Positions 60,693 to 64,000 of a stretch of 64,000 nt of DNA are shown piece after piece. A program made the position numbers and the translations under genes. The notes below the pieces were generated by a model, which was not told the DNA's origin, searched no databases, and saw only the letters and a list, made by a program, of their open reading frames with translations. Origin of the DNA: Azolla caroliniana (lineage: Eukaryota > Plantae > Polypodiophyta); assembly GCA_043228905.1 (NCBI GenBank), contig JBHGNT010000009.1, positions 2,790,001 to 2,854,000 on the forward strand, written 5' to 3'. Every line of letters begins with the position of its first letter. Position 1 is the first letter of the stretch.

Positions 60693-60849
60693 GGCTATGG
60701 CAGGGTACAAAGAATTGAGAACCAGGGCCAGGGTCGGGGTCAGCAGGGAAGCGAGGCAGCCATGGAAACTTGGCAGAAGAAGAAGAAGAGGGGGAGGAGG
60801 AGGAGAGTACTGAAAAGAGCATTGGATTAAGGCTATGGCGGAGGCAGGG

Positions 60850-60895
<46 letters not shown>

Positions 60896-60944
60896 GGTTT
60901 TGGGATTCACAAAGTTCTAGGGGGACATACATAGCATAGCAGAC

Positions 60945-61195
60945 CATGGGTATGTATGTATGTATGTATGTATGTATGTATGTATGTATGTATGCGTGTG
61001 TGTGTGTGCATGCATGTATGTATGTATGTGTGTGTATGTGTGTGTGTGTGTACTATGTATGTATGTATGTATGTGTGTGTGTGTGTGTAGGTGTGTGTGT
61101 ATGTGTGTGTGTGTACATGCATGCATGTATGTGTGTATGTGCGCATGCATGCATGTATGCATGTGTGTGTGTGTGTGTGTGTGTGTGGGTATGTA
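60945..61195. repeat. (TATG)/(TG)n compound microsatellite upstream of CYCD
   Basis: Directly visible; it explains the low-complexity ORFs at 60907-61411. Confidence 0.95.
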
Positions 61196-64000
61196 GGTAA
61201 CTCACGTGGGGGTGCGTCAGGGTCGGTCTTTTGTCCCATCCACCATGACCATGCCCATGACAGTGTTTGTGACCATGTCCATGACAAGATTCGGCCATTG
61301 GCATTGCTACCCCCCCTACTCTCACCCCATGTATCTTGTTTAACCATGGCTTGGCCAAGCACGAGCAATCTCGCTCAACCTGTTGTCCACAGTAATCAGA
61401 TCTTGTGGTGAGCGATACCTCTTTGCAACCATGAAACTATCTCGTGATGCATTGTACAAATGCTACATGTTACCCTATCTATACCACTCACTTTGTCTTT
61501 GTCTCACACAATTGTTTCCCTGAGCTATCATATTGATGAAGCTTTGCGTCTGTACACAACCAACCACCTTACTTAACCACGAGCATTGCACTGAGTTGGG
61601 TACCAATGAGCATTGAGGTGTAAGGTTAATAAATCATGCGAGCTTATATTATAAGGACAATGCCTCTCGTGAAAATGGAGCATCAAACCTCCATTATGTG
61701 AAGTAAGCATATCAATAGAGCTTGTGTCATTTGGACAATGATGGCTTGAGAAAAAAAATGCATTGATTCTCAACCTTGCAAAGTTTAAGATAGGAGTGAG
61801 GATAAAATTTGTGTACAATGCCTTGCACAAACAACATTAGAAATCGGTTTTCTACTATATGCGGATCATTAACACCCATCACGTGTGCAAGTGATCTCAT
61901 GGCAATGATCATGATTAGTGGTGTATAATATTTGGCATGATGATGAGCATGGTTAGCATAAGGCATACTTGTGCAAGGTTAGCAAACTGATTGAGTTGAT
62001 TTTGGTGGACATGAATAGCACCAAATATTAATTACGTTGATAATACAATATTGGAGGTTGTAAACCAAGTTGTCGTTGTTTGAGGTAAGATCTTTCATTC
62101 ACATTGAAGATGATCATCACATTTGGCATGTCAAGCTAACTCTCTACGCATGCCAATCAAGACGACGACTCAAACACTCTAAAACCATTTCGTGGACTGA
62201 ATATATTGGCGAAAGGGTGGTGAATGTTAACGATTGAGTTTAGAAAAGATTGTATGGTAAAAAAAAAGCAAGAATAAATAGAAACCATGTACATTGAAGC
62301 CTCAATATTGTCTTGTCTTGATTTTGTTTCTACAACATTATGGTTAGTGCATTATTGTAAACAATGTGGGAGTTGTATGTAAAATGAAACTTGGTCCTTT
62401 TAAATATTGTCAAGGGGGGGAAATCATGAAAACCCCCTTGTGGTTAGTATCAATTCTACCCATTAAAAATATGTAATTTTACCCCTACTAAAAAAGGTAA
62501 TGTACAAAATGTGGAATAGTGACAATCCAATGTGATTAATCCAAATCTCTCTCTACATCACCCTCAAGTGACATGTTTCAACTTTCAACTCTAACTTTGT
62601 CTTTATCTTTGTTCTGGTCTCTAAAATCAAGCATGTGAATTATGATTTAGAGATGAAGGACTGACTTGTGTGGGTTGAAGGTGGAACAAAATGAGCTTGT
62701 GATTTTCTAGATGGAGACAAGAGAGTGTTGTAACTTGTGATTTTAGAGAGCAAGGGGAATGATTAGATAAAGAGGAGTGACACACGTGAGTTGAAGACAA
62801 CATAGAGAGAGAGAGAGGGGGTGTGTATGTGTTTGATTAATTATGATCGGATTACATATAGTTAAACAACACTAACTACTCTACTTTTAAAAAATGTGTA
62901 AATTCTAATCGCCCTAATGTTGGGCTCGTGTGACCTAGCCAAAAAACAACCACTTCTTCATATTTTCTAGTGTCAAACAACATGTTCAATCTCTAATGTC
63001 TTTCTGTAATGCACAAAATGCCACATTTACGATGTGTTTTCTTTCTAGAAAATCCGTTTGCTCACAATTCATTATGGGATATAGACACTAAATATATGTA
63101 TATTAATGAAATTCCTAGGCTCATTTTTTGGGCCGTTTAGTGTTAGAGTGGGAGCGATGCGCAATGTATCGAATGAGGTCTATCATATCGAACAAATTCT
63201 ATTTTCTTGAAATTTTGAGTCAAATAAAGACCCTTTATTATGACAATAAAAAAAGATCTAATTCTTAATAGTTTCAAACTCCCATGTAAATTTTTACATT
63301 GTACATTTTGGTCATTTGTACTATGTTGTCTTTCCTCCGTCCCATTAGAGTGCATTGAATGCGCATATAAAAACATACAACTTGGTCTTCCCGCTCCTTT
63401 TGGCGTTTTCTTCCTTCGAGTTTGTTTTCGAACTCCCTTTTATAATTTGTTCACTCTCTTGACGTCTTAATAGTTTTGTTTCTTGCTTCCTCAACATGTC
63501 TACCTATCCTTCTTCTACAATCAACTTCATTCCAATATCATATAGGATATTTGCTCTCATGATTTTATTGTTGTTCATTTGTACTCAAACTTCTACATAT
63601 ATGTTTGTTCAACTTGTTTTTATGGAAACTCACAATGGTTACCATTTGTCTTATGTAAGTCACATAGAACCAACGCTAAGGTACCGACACATGGTTCTCT
63701 TAGAAGTGATTGGTTATAAACTAGAATCAGCATGTAAATTTCATGAACAATTTTTTATTATTGTCAAATGGATAACCTCTCCAATGTGATTTATTGGCAT
63801 ACGAGATTCTTGTCATACAAAAGATATCATCAATGGTTAAGTGACTCCATGGCATAGCCATATATTGCATTGCATCATTCATGGTATGTATGTACGCATT
63901 AATTGGACTAATATAAGTTAACTTTCTATAATTCCCAATCCCTATTAGTAAACAGAAAGTGCACTTCAATGGGTTAAAAGTATAATACAAGTCATGGATA

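Overview
AT-rich eukaryotic nuclear DNA from a seedless vascular plant, most likely a fern (inferred from the PLS-PPR/DYW style and LINE types, not proven). Eight protein genes were found. On the minus strand: an At2g28130-like conserved protein (3463-12008), PRP19/MAC3 (15578-20643), a PLS-E-DYW-type PPR gene (23640-26657) and a D-type cyclin (58177-60692). On the plus strand: class IV histone deacetylase HDA2 (29292-37445), a RING-FYVE-SYLF protein (40082-45332), NAA40 (46583-49872) and bifunctional FolD (51421-55999). Introns and intergenic DNA contain truncated LINEs, hAT-type elements (one with a perfect 8-bp TSD), microsatellites and many local tandem duplications. Five observations stand out. 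(1) The PPR gene has a degenerate DYW deaminase (HCD for HxE, no DYW tail). (2) A 346-bp tandem duplication frameshifts its 5' end, but CAG|GT sites could excise it exactly as a new intron. (3) Tandem duplications anchored on splice sites recur in several genes. (4) A RING finger is fused to a CFS1/FYVE2-like protein. (5) The cyclin D lacks LxCxE. No clearly new multi-gene system is demonstrable from the sequence alone. Exon boundaries were read by eye and may be off by a few bases.
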